Positions 36,245 through 44,472 of a stretch of 64,000 bases of DNA are shown here, one piece after another (positions within the stretch are counted from its first letter, which is position 1; every line of letters begins with the position of its first letter). The position numbers were made by a program, and so were the translations under genes. The notes below the pieces were generated by a model, which saw only the letters and a list, made by a program, of their open reading frames with translations, was not told where the DNA came from and did no database searches. This DNA is from a virus. The stretch is from positions 1 through 64,000 of IMG/VR virus record IMGVR_UViG_3300020170_000001, one strand, 5' to 3'.

Positions 36245-36642
36245 CCCGGGACCTCCTGCTGTCTATCTGCGGTGGGCTGCTCGGGTCGTTGACCGTCAGT
36301 CTGCTCATCTCGGTCTTCACCCGTCCGCGCGAGCGCGCCAAGCGATCACCGAAGGGCAGTCGACCAAAGGGTCGACCTCCGAAAGGAACCCGGCCCGAGG
36401 TTCGGATGAAACACGACGGGATCATCTACGACGTCACCGAGGGCCTGGAGCGCCGCGGGGACGACGAAGAGGGCTTCGCGGTCTGGGTGGTCCACGGGCC
36501 CGCACACGTGACCGTCACCGTGCCACCGTCCATGGCGATCGCCCTGCCGGCACCGGATCAGACGTCCGTCGCCGTCCACATCGTCGGTGGCAAATTCGCT
36601 ACCGCGGAACAGATCGACGCGGACTATCCGCCGGCCCCCTGA
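36235..36642 (+). CDS. membrane-anchored hypothetical protein
   Basis: N-terminal TM helix. Confidence 0.6.
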   Translation: MELTRDLLLSICGGLLGSLTVSLLISVFTRPRERAKRSPKGSRPKGRPPKGTRPEVRMKHDGIIYDVTEGLERRGDDEEGFAVWVVHGPAHVTVTVPPSMAIALPAPDQTSVAVHIVGGKFATAEQIDADYPPAP

Positions 36643-36647
36643 TCGAC

Positions 36648-36684
36648 CAGAGCCCGACCCTTTAGCTTCAGGGGTCGGGCTCTG
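36648..36684. terminator. bidirectional terminator
   Basis: CAGAGCCCGACCC / GGGTCGGGCTCTG between convergent genes. Confidence 0.75.
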
Positions 36685-36692
36685 TGCTTGGG

Positions 36693-37607
36693 TCAGGCCA
36701 GTGCTGCGCCGGCCTCCTTGCGGAGCTCGCGGTCGACGAACGTCGCGGTGCCCGGGTTGAGGCTGACCGTGCCGTCGGCGAGCTCGGCCAGCGCCCACGT
36801 GTGCTTCGGCTTCCAGCCCGGCTCGGCGGCGTGGTCGTCGGGCTCCAGGCCGATCACGGTGGTCTGCCAGCCGTCTCCCTGGATGCGGTCCAGGTAGTGG
36901 TAGTGCAGGTGCCCGTGTAGCCAGTACGCGGGCTGGTGAGCCCGTAGGGCCCGTTCCAGGCGCAGTTGGTTGGGCACGCAGCCCGGCAATTCCTTGCGGT
37001 TCCAGGTCGGCTTCGCGCTGTAGGGCTTGTCGTGGCTCAGCACGATCTGCTTGCGGCTGCTGTCGGCGGCCAGCAGATCGTCCATCTCGGCGTCGGTCAT
37101 CTCCTCCTCGGGGAACCAGAGGGTGCCGGCCGTGGGCTCGACGGTCTCGTGTTTCCCGCCCGCGGCGGCCCGGTCGTTGGCCTTGCGCAGCAGGTGCAGG
37201 TAGCGCTCTTGCTCGTGCTGGATTCGCCAGGCCTTGTCGACGGAATAGGCACCGCCGAAGGAGCGGAACGAGACGCCGCCCCAGCTCCAGGTGTGACCCT
37301 GGGGAATGTAGAAGACGAAGTCGCGGCAGACGAGGAAGCCGCGACGGTCGCGGATGTCGCCGTAGGCCTTCAGGGTATGCGAATGCTTGTCGTGGTTGCC
37401 GTGCAGCCAGTACAGCGGGATGCCGGAGGCGACGCAGAGTTCGTTCACCTCGTCCATGTAGGCGACACCGTCAATGGTGTGTTCCCAGGCTCCGAAATCG
37501 CCGAGGACAACGAGGGCGTCGACTTGCAGGGTCATCGCCACGGGGAAGATGTAGCCGCGCAACCAGTCGGCGAAGCCGTGGGTGTCGCCAACGAACATGA
37601 CTCTCAC
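36693..37607 (-). CDS. calcineurin-like metallophosphoesterase
   Basis: GDTHG, LGDFG, GNHD, GGAYSVDK, SHD, HGHLH. Confidence 0.9.
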   Translation of the reverse strand: MRVMFVGDTHGFADWLRGYIFPVAMTLQVDALVVLGDFGAWEHTIDGVAYMDEVNELCVASGIPLYWLHGNHDKHSHTLKAYGDIRDRRGFLVCRDFVFYIPQGHTWSWGGVSFRSFGGAYSVDKAWRIQHEQERYLHLLRKANDRAAAGGKHETVEPTAGTLWFPEEEMTDAEMDDLLAADSSRKQIVLSHDKPYSAKPTWNRKELPGCVPNQLRLERALRAHQPAYWLHGHLHYHYLDRIQGDGWQTTVIGLEPDDHAAEPGWKPKHTWALAELADGTVSLNPGTATFVDRELRKEAGAALA

Positions 37608-37714
37608 GGATTACCTACCTCGAAATGGTGTCCGTGGATGCGGCTTGTCGCTGAAAAGGCTGAACCCCGGCCCCCTTCGCGGGAGGCCGGGGTTCAGCAG
37701 GAAGGGAGATTGGG

Positions 37715-38248
37715 TTAGGCGTTGGCCCTGAACTTGACGGGACTGGCTTTCCTGGTCCGTTTCTGCGGCGGCGCTGCGCTTTCATCGGAAGCCGCCGGCT
37801 CAGCGGGCTCGGTCGGAGGAGTTTCGAACTCCCCGAGCAAGTCGGCCTGCACTTGCGCAACGGAGGTGGTGTCGCTGTGGAAGGCGTCGACGACGTACTG
37901 CGGAATGCGGCCCTTCTCGTGGAGCATGTGGCCCTTGTCCGCAGCCCAGCCCCGAATCCTCTGGTTGAGCTCCTTGTTGGCCTGGAAGGTGGGGTGGTTG
38001 ACGCCGCTGCGAGGCCCCGACGGAGAAGATCCTCCGCGGCGGTGGCTGCTGAGTTGAGCGGGCTCGCCCACTCTGCCGAGGCGTGTCCCGGCGTCCTGGT
38101 AGGTCGCTAGGAACTTGCGCAACACACTTGCGTTCTTGGAGGTGAGATCGATTTCGTAGGCGATGCCGTCGAGCGCGAACCTGAGGGTCTCGTCGGCGTC
38201 TGTGCCGTCGAGGTCGTCGGTGATTTTGGTGATGATCTGCTTGGCCAC
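37715..38248 (-). CDS. lsr2: Lsr2 nucleoid-associated protein with C-terminal extension
   Basis: MAKQI...DDLDG..ADETLRFALDGIAYEIDL...IRGWA...KGRIP..VVDAF. Confidence 0.92.
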   Translation of the reverse strand: MAKQIITKITDDLDGTDADETLRFALDGIAYEIDLTSKNASVLRKFLATYQDAGTRLGRVGEPAQLSSHRRGGSSPSGPRSGVNHPTFQANKELNQRIRGWAADKGHMLHEKGRIPQYVVDAFHSDTTSVAQVQADLLGEFETPPTEPAEPAASDESAAPPQKRTRKASPVKFRANA

Positions 38249-38264
38249 CGGTCGAGGGGTCCTT

Positions 38265-38690
38265 TCAGCGAGTGTTCCGTGCTTCCAATTCGTCCATGAG
38301 TCCGCCCAGCAAGGCGAACAGCATCCTCGTGCTGGGAACAGTGGTGTCTACGATCGTCCGGGCGGGCGAGTTGCCGGTCCTGACCGGTCCGACCGCGGTG
38401 ATCGCGACATGGTAGCCGTAGGTGAGCCGCGCCGAGGCGTCGAACATCTTCATGGCAAGATCGCCTCGGTCCTCGTTGTCGGCGAGGGCTACCGACGACG
38501 AGAGATCGAAGGGCGGCGGGAAGGTGAGTTCTCCTTCGGCTAAATCAGCAACGATCGCAAAAAGCTGGCTGAGCCCACTTCGCCCGTCGGATATCGAGCC
38601 CGAATCACTCCGCATGACTGCCTCCGTCACCGTCTGCTGCCGAACTGACGGGGGATGAACATCTGCCCACGGTAAAACGTCCGTCGACAC
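38265..38690 (-). CDS. hypothetical protein
   Basis: 141 aa. Confidence 0.6.
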   Translation of the reverse strand: MSTDVLPWADVHPPSVRQQTVTEAVMRSDSGSISDGRSGLSQLFAIVADLAEGELTFPPPFDLSSSVALADNEDRGDLAMKMFDASARLTYGYHVAITAVGPVRTGNSPARTIVDTTVPSTRMLFALLGGLMDELEARNTR

Positions 38691-39088
38691 TACGTCAACC
38701 TTGCTTGCTGCCAGGCGAACATATTTACGATCTCTTTCTCGTCCCAGCCCGCCGCAGTGCAGAGGTCATCGAGCAGCTCGTCAGCCTCCGCGGCCCAGTC
38801 CACTCGCCTCTTCTGTTGTGACCGCATCCAGCACAGACACGCAAGATCGAGCCAATGTGCGGCGCACAGAGCGAAGATGTTTCCCGCGGCTTTTTCGGGC
38901 ACGTGCCCAGACCACAACAGACTAGCGGCGACAGCGCTGTCACAAATCCGAACGAGTGACAGCGACCGCCACGGCGGCAACGTCAAGTCCAGCAGCGGCC
39001 CGCGGCACTCCCCCACATCCCGGTTTCGCGTCGCGAGGGCCCGAACGAACTCCCACTCGCTGCCGGCATTGGTCGGTTCGCACACCAT
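38690..39088 (-). CDS. hypothetical protein
   Basis: 132 aa. Confidence 0.6.
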   Translation of the reverse strand: MVCEPTNAGSEWEFVRALATRNRDVGECRGPLLDLTLPPWRSLSLVRICDSAVAASLLWSGHVPEKAAGNIFALCAAHWLDLACLCWMRSQQKRRVDWAAEADELLDDLCTAAGWDEKEIVNMFAWQQARLT

Positions 39089-39208
39089 GCGATGAACTCC
39101 TGAAACATGCAGGCGGCCCAGCTCCGCAACGAGAACTGGGCCACCCGAAGGTAGACGGACAACCGGGAAACGGTTGATCCCGACCTCTCTACCTGCACAA
39201 CCTGCCGT

Positions 39209-39625
39209 CTATTCAGCTGGCGAAGGATCCCCCGGGTTGTCCGCCAAATAGGCCCCAACCAGCGCCTTGTTCGGCGGACCGGACGGAAAGATCCGCGTGT
39301 CGGTCCACCCCTGGTCAGTTCCCCACTGCTTGACCCGGCGGTTCCACTGCTGGAGCAGCTGGGCGTAGGAGAGATCTTTGACCGCTGCGGCGTCCCGAAC
39401 GCGATCGGCGAAAACCGCGTCGACCTCCTGCTCCAGGATCAGCAGAAGCGGTCGCTTGTCGTCCACGCCGGTGCTGATCTTGTAGACGTGCCGAAACGCC
39501 CGCTGCTGGTAGATCATGTAGTAGATCGTGCCCTTGTGCACGCCGTAGCGCGCGGAGATCGCGGCGACCGGGAGGTACCCAGGAAGTTCCGGGATCTCGT
39601 CCTGGGTGAGCTTCTTCTTGCCCAT
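39209..39625 (-). CDS. HTH plus Lsr2-C-like DNA-binding protein
   Basis: ISARYGVHKGTIYYMI; NRRVKQWG...G..NKALVGAY. Confidence 0.55.
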   Translation of the reverse strand: MGKKKLTQDEIPELPGYLPVAAISARYGVHKGTIYYMIYQQRAFRHVYKISTGVDDKRPLLLILEQEVDAVFADRVRDAAAVKDLSYAQLLQQWNRRVKQWGTDQGWTDTRIFPSGPPNKALVGAYLADNPGDPSPAE

Positions 39626-39636
39626 GTGCGCCTCCT

Positions 39637-40257
39637 TCAGTCGTCGTTCATGGTCCCCCAGAGTACATCGTATTTCTGGCTCGTGGACAACGGCCCGACA
39701 TGTAGAGCGCGGTGCATGAACTCCTTGCAGCTGGCCAGCCACAGGCCCACGTCGTCGCCGGATTTGACGAGCTCAAGCAGGGCGAAGCAGCGATTGAGGG
39801 CGCGGGCGATGTCGGGCTCGAACTGGCGCTGTGACCAGTCGGCGCTGGTTCGCCGGCAGTACGTCTTGAGCGCATCCGCCATGAGCGCCTTGTCCGGTTG
39901 CGGTTGATATTCCTTGGCGCTTTCCCAGTCCGCCGCGAGATCTCGCGGCTTGACCCCGACGCGGTCGAGCAGCCGCAGCGCGGCTGCCTGGCGGGTGGTG
40001 TCCATCGCCTTTGCCGCCAGGCTCACCGGCGTGTAGTAGGCCGAACAGCTGAAGCAGTACGCGGAGTTGGTCTCCGGGTAGATCCGCATGGCGGGGCTGA
40101 CCCCGCCGTCGGAGTGATACGTCTCGCCGAACGGGCATTCCACCTTCTGGCTGCGGCGGGAGCCGAGCTCGTCCGGCAGGTCCATCCGCAGCATCTGGCA
40201 CACCGTGACGATCGAGACCTGCTCGTTCGCCACGGCGACGACATTCGGCCGAGGCAC
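39637..40257 (-). CDS. DnaG-type CHC2 Zn-finger protein lacking a TOPRIM domain
   Basis: CPF...H.DGG.SP..RIY..TNSAYCFSC. Confidence 0.8.
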   Translation of the reverse strand: MPRPNVVAVANEQVSIVTVCQMLRMDLPDELGSRRSQKVECPFGETYHSDGGVSPAMRIYPETNSAYCFSCSAYYTPVSLAAKAMDTTRQAAALRLLDRVGVKPRDLAADWESAKEYQPQPDKALMADALKTYCRRTSADWSQRQFEPDIARALNRCFALLELVKSGDDVGLWLASCKEFMHRALHVGPLSTSQKYDVLWGTMNDD

Positions 40258-40263
40258 CGGAAA

Positions 40264-40464
40264 CTACTTGGCGGCCGGCGTATCAAACTGCGCCACGAGC
40301 AGCGGGGCGATGTGGCTCTCCGGGTAACGACGGTGCCCGCCCGGCGTTTTGATGCTGAGGATCTTGCCGGCCAACGCCCAGCGGGTCACCGTCTTCGGAT
40401 CGACCGCAAACCGCTCGGCAACCTCGCGAGGCGTCAGCAACTTATCCTTCTTCTGCTGTGTCAT
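40264..40464 (-). CDS. bldC: BldC-family MerR-like regulator
   Basis: LLTPREVAERFAVDPKTVTRWALAGKILSIKTPGGHRRY. Confidence 0.85.
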   Translation of the reverse strand: MTQQKKDKLLTPREVAERFAVDPKTVTRWALAGKILSIKTPGGHRRYPESHIAPLLVAQFDTPAAK

Positions 40465-40502
40465 GCCCTCTATACCGATTCGAGGACCCGATTAGTAATC
40501 GG

Positions 40503-41957
40503 TCACAGCAGCCCTGCGAAGCCTTCGTACATGCTGTCGATGGGATTACCCTGCTGAAACTCCCCGGTGAACTTGGAAGTCGCATAGTCGACACATAACT
40601 CGATCGAGTTAGCTTTTTCACCGTCCCGGTGCTTCATCAGCTGGGCCTTCACCTTTGTGCGGCGTGACTCGTTGTCCAGCGGAGCCAGCAATCCGATGAT
40701 GCTGTCGGCGGAGTTGGACGTCTCCGCCGTTTCGGACAACGCGCTGAGGGTGTAGTGACTCAGCTTCTCCGCTTCCGCCCGGGCGCTCCGGCTGACCTGC
40801 CACGGGCTGACGAACGGCACGCCGAGTCCGTCGTTGGTCGTCGTGCTGATCTGCTTGGCGGCTTTCAGCGTCTCCGACAATTCCTCACGCATCGTCGTCC
40901 GCTTGCGCTCCGGGCGCAGCAATGCGAGGTAGTCCATGATGACCAGGTCGATGTGCATCTGCCGGCCAATCCGAATGATCTTCGAATCCACGTAGCCCAT
41001 TGACGCGCCGCGGGGGACCTGGGCGACATAGGATCGCCCGTAGCTGGGATTCTCGTCGAAGTCCTCGACGACGTTCACGAACCGTCGCCGGTCCTCAGCC
41101 GACAAGGTGCCGTCTTTGATGTCGCGAGAATTGAGCCCGTCGCCGCTGCCGAACATCGGCAGGCAGGAGTGCCGGGCGATCAGCCGGCGTCGCACCTGAT
41201 TGCGGACCGTCTCGGTCGTCAGAAACAACACGTTCTTGCCCTGCTCGATGGCGGCGGACCAGGCCAGCTGCACGCACAGGCTGGTCTTGCCGTCGGAGGT
41301 GAACGCGACGATGAGCACCAGCTCGCCGCGGTGCAGACCGCCCAGCTTGTCGTCCAGGGCAGGAACACCGAAGCGGATGCCGAGTCCGTGCCCGGCCTGC
41401 CGGGCGGCTTCCTGAGCGGCGTACTCGGCCAGGATCTCGTGGCCCTCGCCGCGGACATCGCCTTCCGGCGCGTCCTGCATGGACAGGTTCCGGTCGATGT
41501 CGGCGAACCGGGACAGGGCATGCGCGCGGGCGTCGGCGTGCCCGCGCAGGGTCTCGCCCTTCTCGTCGGTGACCCCCCGGGTGAGGATCTCCATCGCGCC
41601 GGACAGCGCCTCGTTGGTGGCCCGGTCGGCGGCGAGCTCGCGGACCTGCTGCAGCGACCACAGGAAGGCGGCGTCATCGGCGCTCAGGTCGTGGATCTCG
41701 TCGTAGATTTCCTGGTAGGCGGCGATCGTGCCGGCGTCGACCCGTGTCCCGGCGAGCAGGTCGGCCAGCGCGGCGCGGCTGAGCACTGCGCCCTGGGTGA
41801 CTTCGCTGAAGCGTTCCAGCAGGGCGAACAGGTTGGCCAGGATCCGGTCCGGGATCTGCTCGGGGCTCAGGTCACGCAGGGCCCGTTCGAGCAGGTCGGG
41901 CCGGCTGGGAATGATCGCAGCCAGGACGGTTTTCGCGTGGGTCGTTGCACTGGTCAC
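40503..41957 (-). CDS. dnaB: DnaB-like replicative helicase
   Basis: LGGLHRGEL..AFTSDGKT, LTTE, IMDYLALL, QVSR, KHRDG. Confidence 0.9.
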   Translation of the reverse strand: MTSATTHAKTVLAAIIPSRPDLLERALRDLSPEQIPDRILANLFALLERFSEVTQGAVLSRAALADLLAGTRVDAGTIAAYQEIYDEIHDLSADDAAFLWSLQQVRELAADRATNEALSGAMEILTRGVTDEKGETLRGHADARAHALSRFADIDRNLSMQDAPEGDVRGEGHEILAEYAAQEAARQAGHGLGIRFGVPALDDKLGGLHRGELVLIVAFTSDGKTSLCVQLAWSAAIEQGKNVLFLTTETVRNQVRRRLIARHSCLPMFGSGDGLNSRDIKDGTLSAEDRRRFVNVVEDFDENPSYGRSYVAQVPRGASMGYVDSKIIRIGRQMHIDLVIMDYLALLRPERKRTTMREELSETLKAAKQISTTTNDGLGVPFVSPWQVSRSARAEAEKLSHYTLSALSETAETSNSADSIIGLLAPLDNESRRTKVKAQLMKHRDGEKANSIELCVDYATSKFTGEFQQGNPIDSMYEGFAGLL

Positions 41958-41996
41958 GGCCTCCCTACGAGTGGCATGCCGTGACGATGCAGCGCG

Positions 41997-42353
41997 TTAC
42001 GCCGGATCGAGGGTGAATGCGAAGACGCGCTGCTCGCCGGGGTAGTCACGGAATTCGCCGAGCGCGTTGCGCATCCGAACCCCCCAGGTCAGGGCCGCCT
42101 GCTCATCCTCATACTCGACGGTGTAGACGTCGGAGATCTGGACGACGACGCCGAAGTTCGCGACCGTGTCGTCCGTCTCGACATCCAGCACGCTGGTGTC
42201 CTTCCACGACCGCTTGTCCCGTGAGCCGCCAAGGTTGACGCTGTCGCGGGTGAACGGCGCTGGCAGCGTCCTGCGCGTCTGCGAGTGGGGGTATGGCGAA
42301 CCCGTGACACCGTGCAATTCCATTCCGATACTCCCCCGTGGACGACGACGCAT
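41997..42353 (-). CDS. hypothetical protein (start uncertain)
   Basis: ORF in operon. Confidence 0.45.
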   Translation of the reverse strand: MRRRPRGSIGMELHGVTGSPYPHSQTRRTLPAPFTRDSVNLGGSRDKRSWKDTSVLDVETDDTVANFGVVVQISDVYTVEYEDEQAALTWGVRMRNALGEFRDYPGEQRVFAFTLDPA

Positions 42354-42408
42354 GTGTGGCTATTCGGCTGAGTCAACGATATTGGCCGGTTCGTGGTTAC
42401 TGACCCGA

Positions 42409-42762
42409 TCAGCTCCGAGCGACCCGGCCGGTGATCGGCGGCCGTTCCCAGCCATCGACCAGGCGGCCGACTGAGGACCTCGCGGTCTGTCCGCAGCCTC
42501 GACACTTGCCCTCGCGGAAGATGTAGCCGAACCGGCCGGCCGGCACCTGCTCGTGCGGGTAGGCCGGCGACAGCCAGTACTGCTCGCGCAGCTCCAGGGC
42601 GGTCGAGCGGTGGTGCCGCGCGGGACACAGGTGGCGGTAGATGCCCAAGAAGAACGGGGCATCATAGGTCGGCGGTTTCGTCTCGTTGAGCCCGAGCAGC
42701 AGTGTCGCCGCCTCGTCGCGGAAGACCCGGCCGACGCTCTTCTCCTGCGCCGTCAGCTCCAC
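42409..42762 (-). CDS. Cys-containing hypothetical protein
   Basis: GTG start overlapping the dcd end; HLC...CRGC. Confidence 0.6.
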   Translation of the reverse strand: MELTAQEKSVGRVFRDEAATLLLGLNETKPPTYDAPFFLGIYRHLCPARHHRSTALELREQYWLSPAYPHEQVPAGRFGYIFREGKCRGCGQTARSSVGRLVDGWERPPITGRVARS

Positions 42763-43262
42763 GGCAGGGCCGACGGGGTCACGCTGGACTGGTGCTGGTA
42801 GTGGCTGCCCAGCGCTGGCGTCCCGTAGGGTCGCGTGACCGGCTGGTCGACCCGCTCGAAGCTGATCTGTGCGATGGCGCAGCCGACCGAGAGGGCCTGG
42901 GTGACCGCGGAGAGGTTGGTCAGCTCCAGGGTGATCGTGCCTTCGAAGCCGGGGTCGACGAACCCGGCGGTCGAGTGGACCATGAGGAACTTGCGGCCCC
43001 AGGAGGATTTGCCCTCGACCCGGGCGACCAGATCGTCGGGGATCGCGATGCGTTCGGCCGTGGTCGCCAGGACGCATTCGCCCGGCAGCATCAGGTAGGC
43101 CGTCGGGTGCTGGACGGGAACGTTGGAGTACGGGGACAGGAATGCCGAGCCGAGGGTCAGGTCCACGCTGGCGGGCTGGAATTGCCAATCCTCCGGCTGC
43201 GGGTCGATGCGAATCCGTTTGCCGCGGATCTGGCTGCGGATCGAGGCGTCGGACAGGATCAC
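42753..43262 (-). CDS. dcd: dCTP deaminase
   Basis: MILSD..QPASVDLTL..EGKSSWGR..VHSTAGFVDPGFEGTITLEL..Y..Q. Confidence 0.95.
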   Translation of the reverse strand: MILSDASIRSQIRGKRIRIDPQPEDWQFQPASVDLTLGSAFLSPYSNVPVQHPTAYLMLPGECVLATTAERIAIPDDLVARVEGKSSWGRKFLMVHSTAGFVDPGFEGTITLELTNLSAVTQALSVGCAIAQISFERVDQPVTRPYGTPALGSHYQHQSSVTPSALPWS

Positions 43263-43459
43263 AGCTGACCCACTTCCGCGCCGACCGCGGAAACGACCTC
43301 GGACCAGAAGACCTTGACGGCGGTTGCCGCGGCGTGCCGCATGTTCTCCTCAACGCCGGGCGCGATCGCTGCGACGATTTTGTTGGCGATCTTCTCGGTG
43401 TCCTCGTCGCTCATCTGGAACTCGTCGCGCAGGATCTTCTCGATGCTGTCTTTAATCAT
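43259..43459 (-). CDS. hypothetical protein
   Basis: 66 aa. Confidence 0.65.
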   Translation of the reverse strand: MIKDSIEKILRDEFQMSDEDTEKIANKIVAAIAPGVEENMRHAAATAVKVFWSEVVSAVGAEVGQL

Positions 43460-44147
43460 TGCTCTCTCGATGTTGGACGGCGAGGATCATTCCGGCGTGC
43501 ACGGCAAGCACGGCCCTGGCGTGCAACTGGCTGGCGCGGCTCTCGGAGATGCCCATCGCTTTGGCGACCTCCTGTAGTTGGAGGCCCTTGAAGTAATGCA
43601 GGCTCAGCACAACTTGCTGGTCCGGTTCGAGGTCTCGGATGGTGCCCACGACGGTGTCCAGGACTTCGGAGGTGAAGGCGTCGGATTCGACGCCCCGCCC
43701 GGAGACCGGGTCCAACTCCTCAGCTTCCAGCGACACCGGGCGTTGCGCCATGCCGCGGATCGTGTTGCGGACCTCTTGGACGCTCATCCCGGAACGCTCG
43801 GCAAGCTCCTTCTCGGACAGACCCTTCTCCTGGCCTGCTTCCTGCAACGCTTTCGCCCGGGTCCGCAGGCTGCGGGTGGCCCAGTCGCTGGAGCGGATGG
43901 CGTCGATCAGCGCGCCGTTGACACGCTGCACAACGAACGGCCGGAAGAACTGCAACGCCAGCGGGTCGAAGTTCTTCTCAGCGCAATAGGTCTCCCACCT
44001 GCGGGCGGCGCTGACCAGGCCGAGGTAGGCGATGCCGGTCAGCTCATCCAGTTCCAGCGCGTGTGGGGCTCTGCGCCAGGTCTGCCGGGCGAGTGACTGT
44101 GACAGGCCCATGTACTGGTGAATGAGGACGTCGGCATCGACTGCCAT
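43452..44147 (-). CDS. FliA/WhiG (sigma-28)-family sigma factor
   Basis: RVNGALIDAIRSSDWATRSLR; EVAKAMGISESRASQLH. Confidence 0.9.
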   Translation of the reverse strand: MAVDADVLIHQYMGLSQSLARQTWRRAPHALELDELTGIAYLGLVSAARRWETYCAEKNFDPLALQFFRPFVVQRVNGALIDAIRSSDWATRSLRTRAKALQEAGQEKGLSEKELAERSGMSVQEVRNTIRGMAQRPVSLEAEELDPVSGRGVESDAFTSEVLDTVVGTIRDLEPDQQVVLSLHYFKGLQLQEVAKAMGISESRASQLHARAVLAVHAGMILAVQHRESND

Positions 44148-44458
44148 TACATCACTTTCCGGTTGATCCGCTTGTAGCCCAGCTCGGCGTATTTCCGCTC
44201 CTCGAAGGAGTACCGGCGCAGGATGGCGTAGGGTACCCGGCCCATCAGCATCCGGTAGTGCCCGAGGAGATCGTGGATGTTGTAGTGGCCGGTAGCGCAG
44301 GCGACGATGATGTTGTCCTCGATATCGGGGCCGCCATCGCCGAGCGGCCACACATGGTGGCGGTGGTTGACGTGGGTCTCCGGCATATGCCGGGCGTGCA
44401 GTTGGCACGGCTGCGTCGTCGCCCGAATGTGTGTGTGCGGGTCTGTTTCATTGGCCAT
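44147..44458 (-). CDS. HNH endonuclease
   Basis: HHVWPLGDGGPD..DN....C..GHYNIH. Confidence 0.85.
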   Translation of the reverse strand: MANETDPHTHIRATTQPCQLHARHMPETHVNHRHHVWPLGDGGPDIEDNIIVACATGHYNIHDLLGHYRMLMGRVPYAILRRYSFEERKYAELGYKRINRKVM

Positions 44459-44472
44459 GGGTCACCCTTGTC

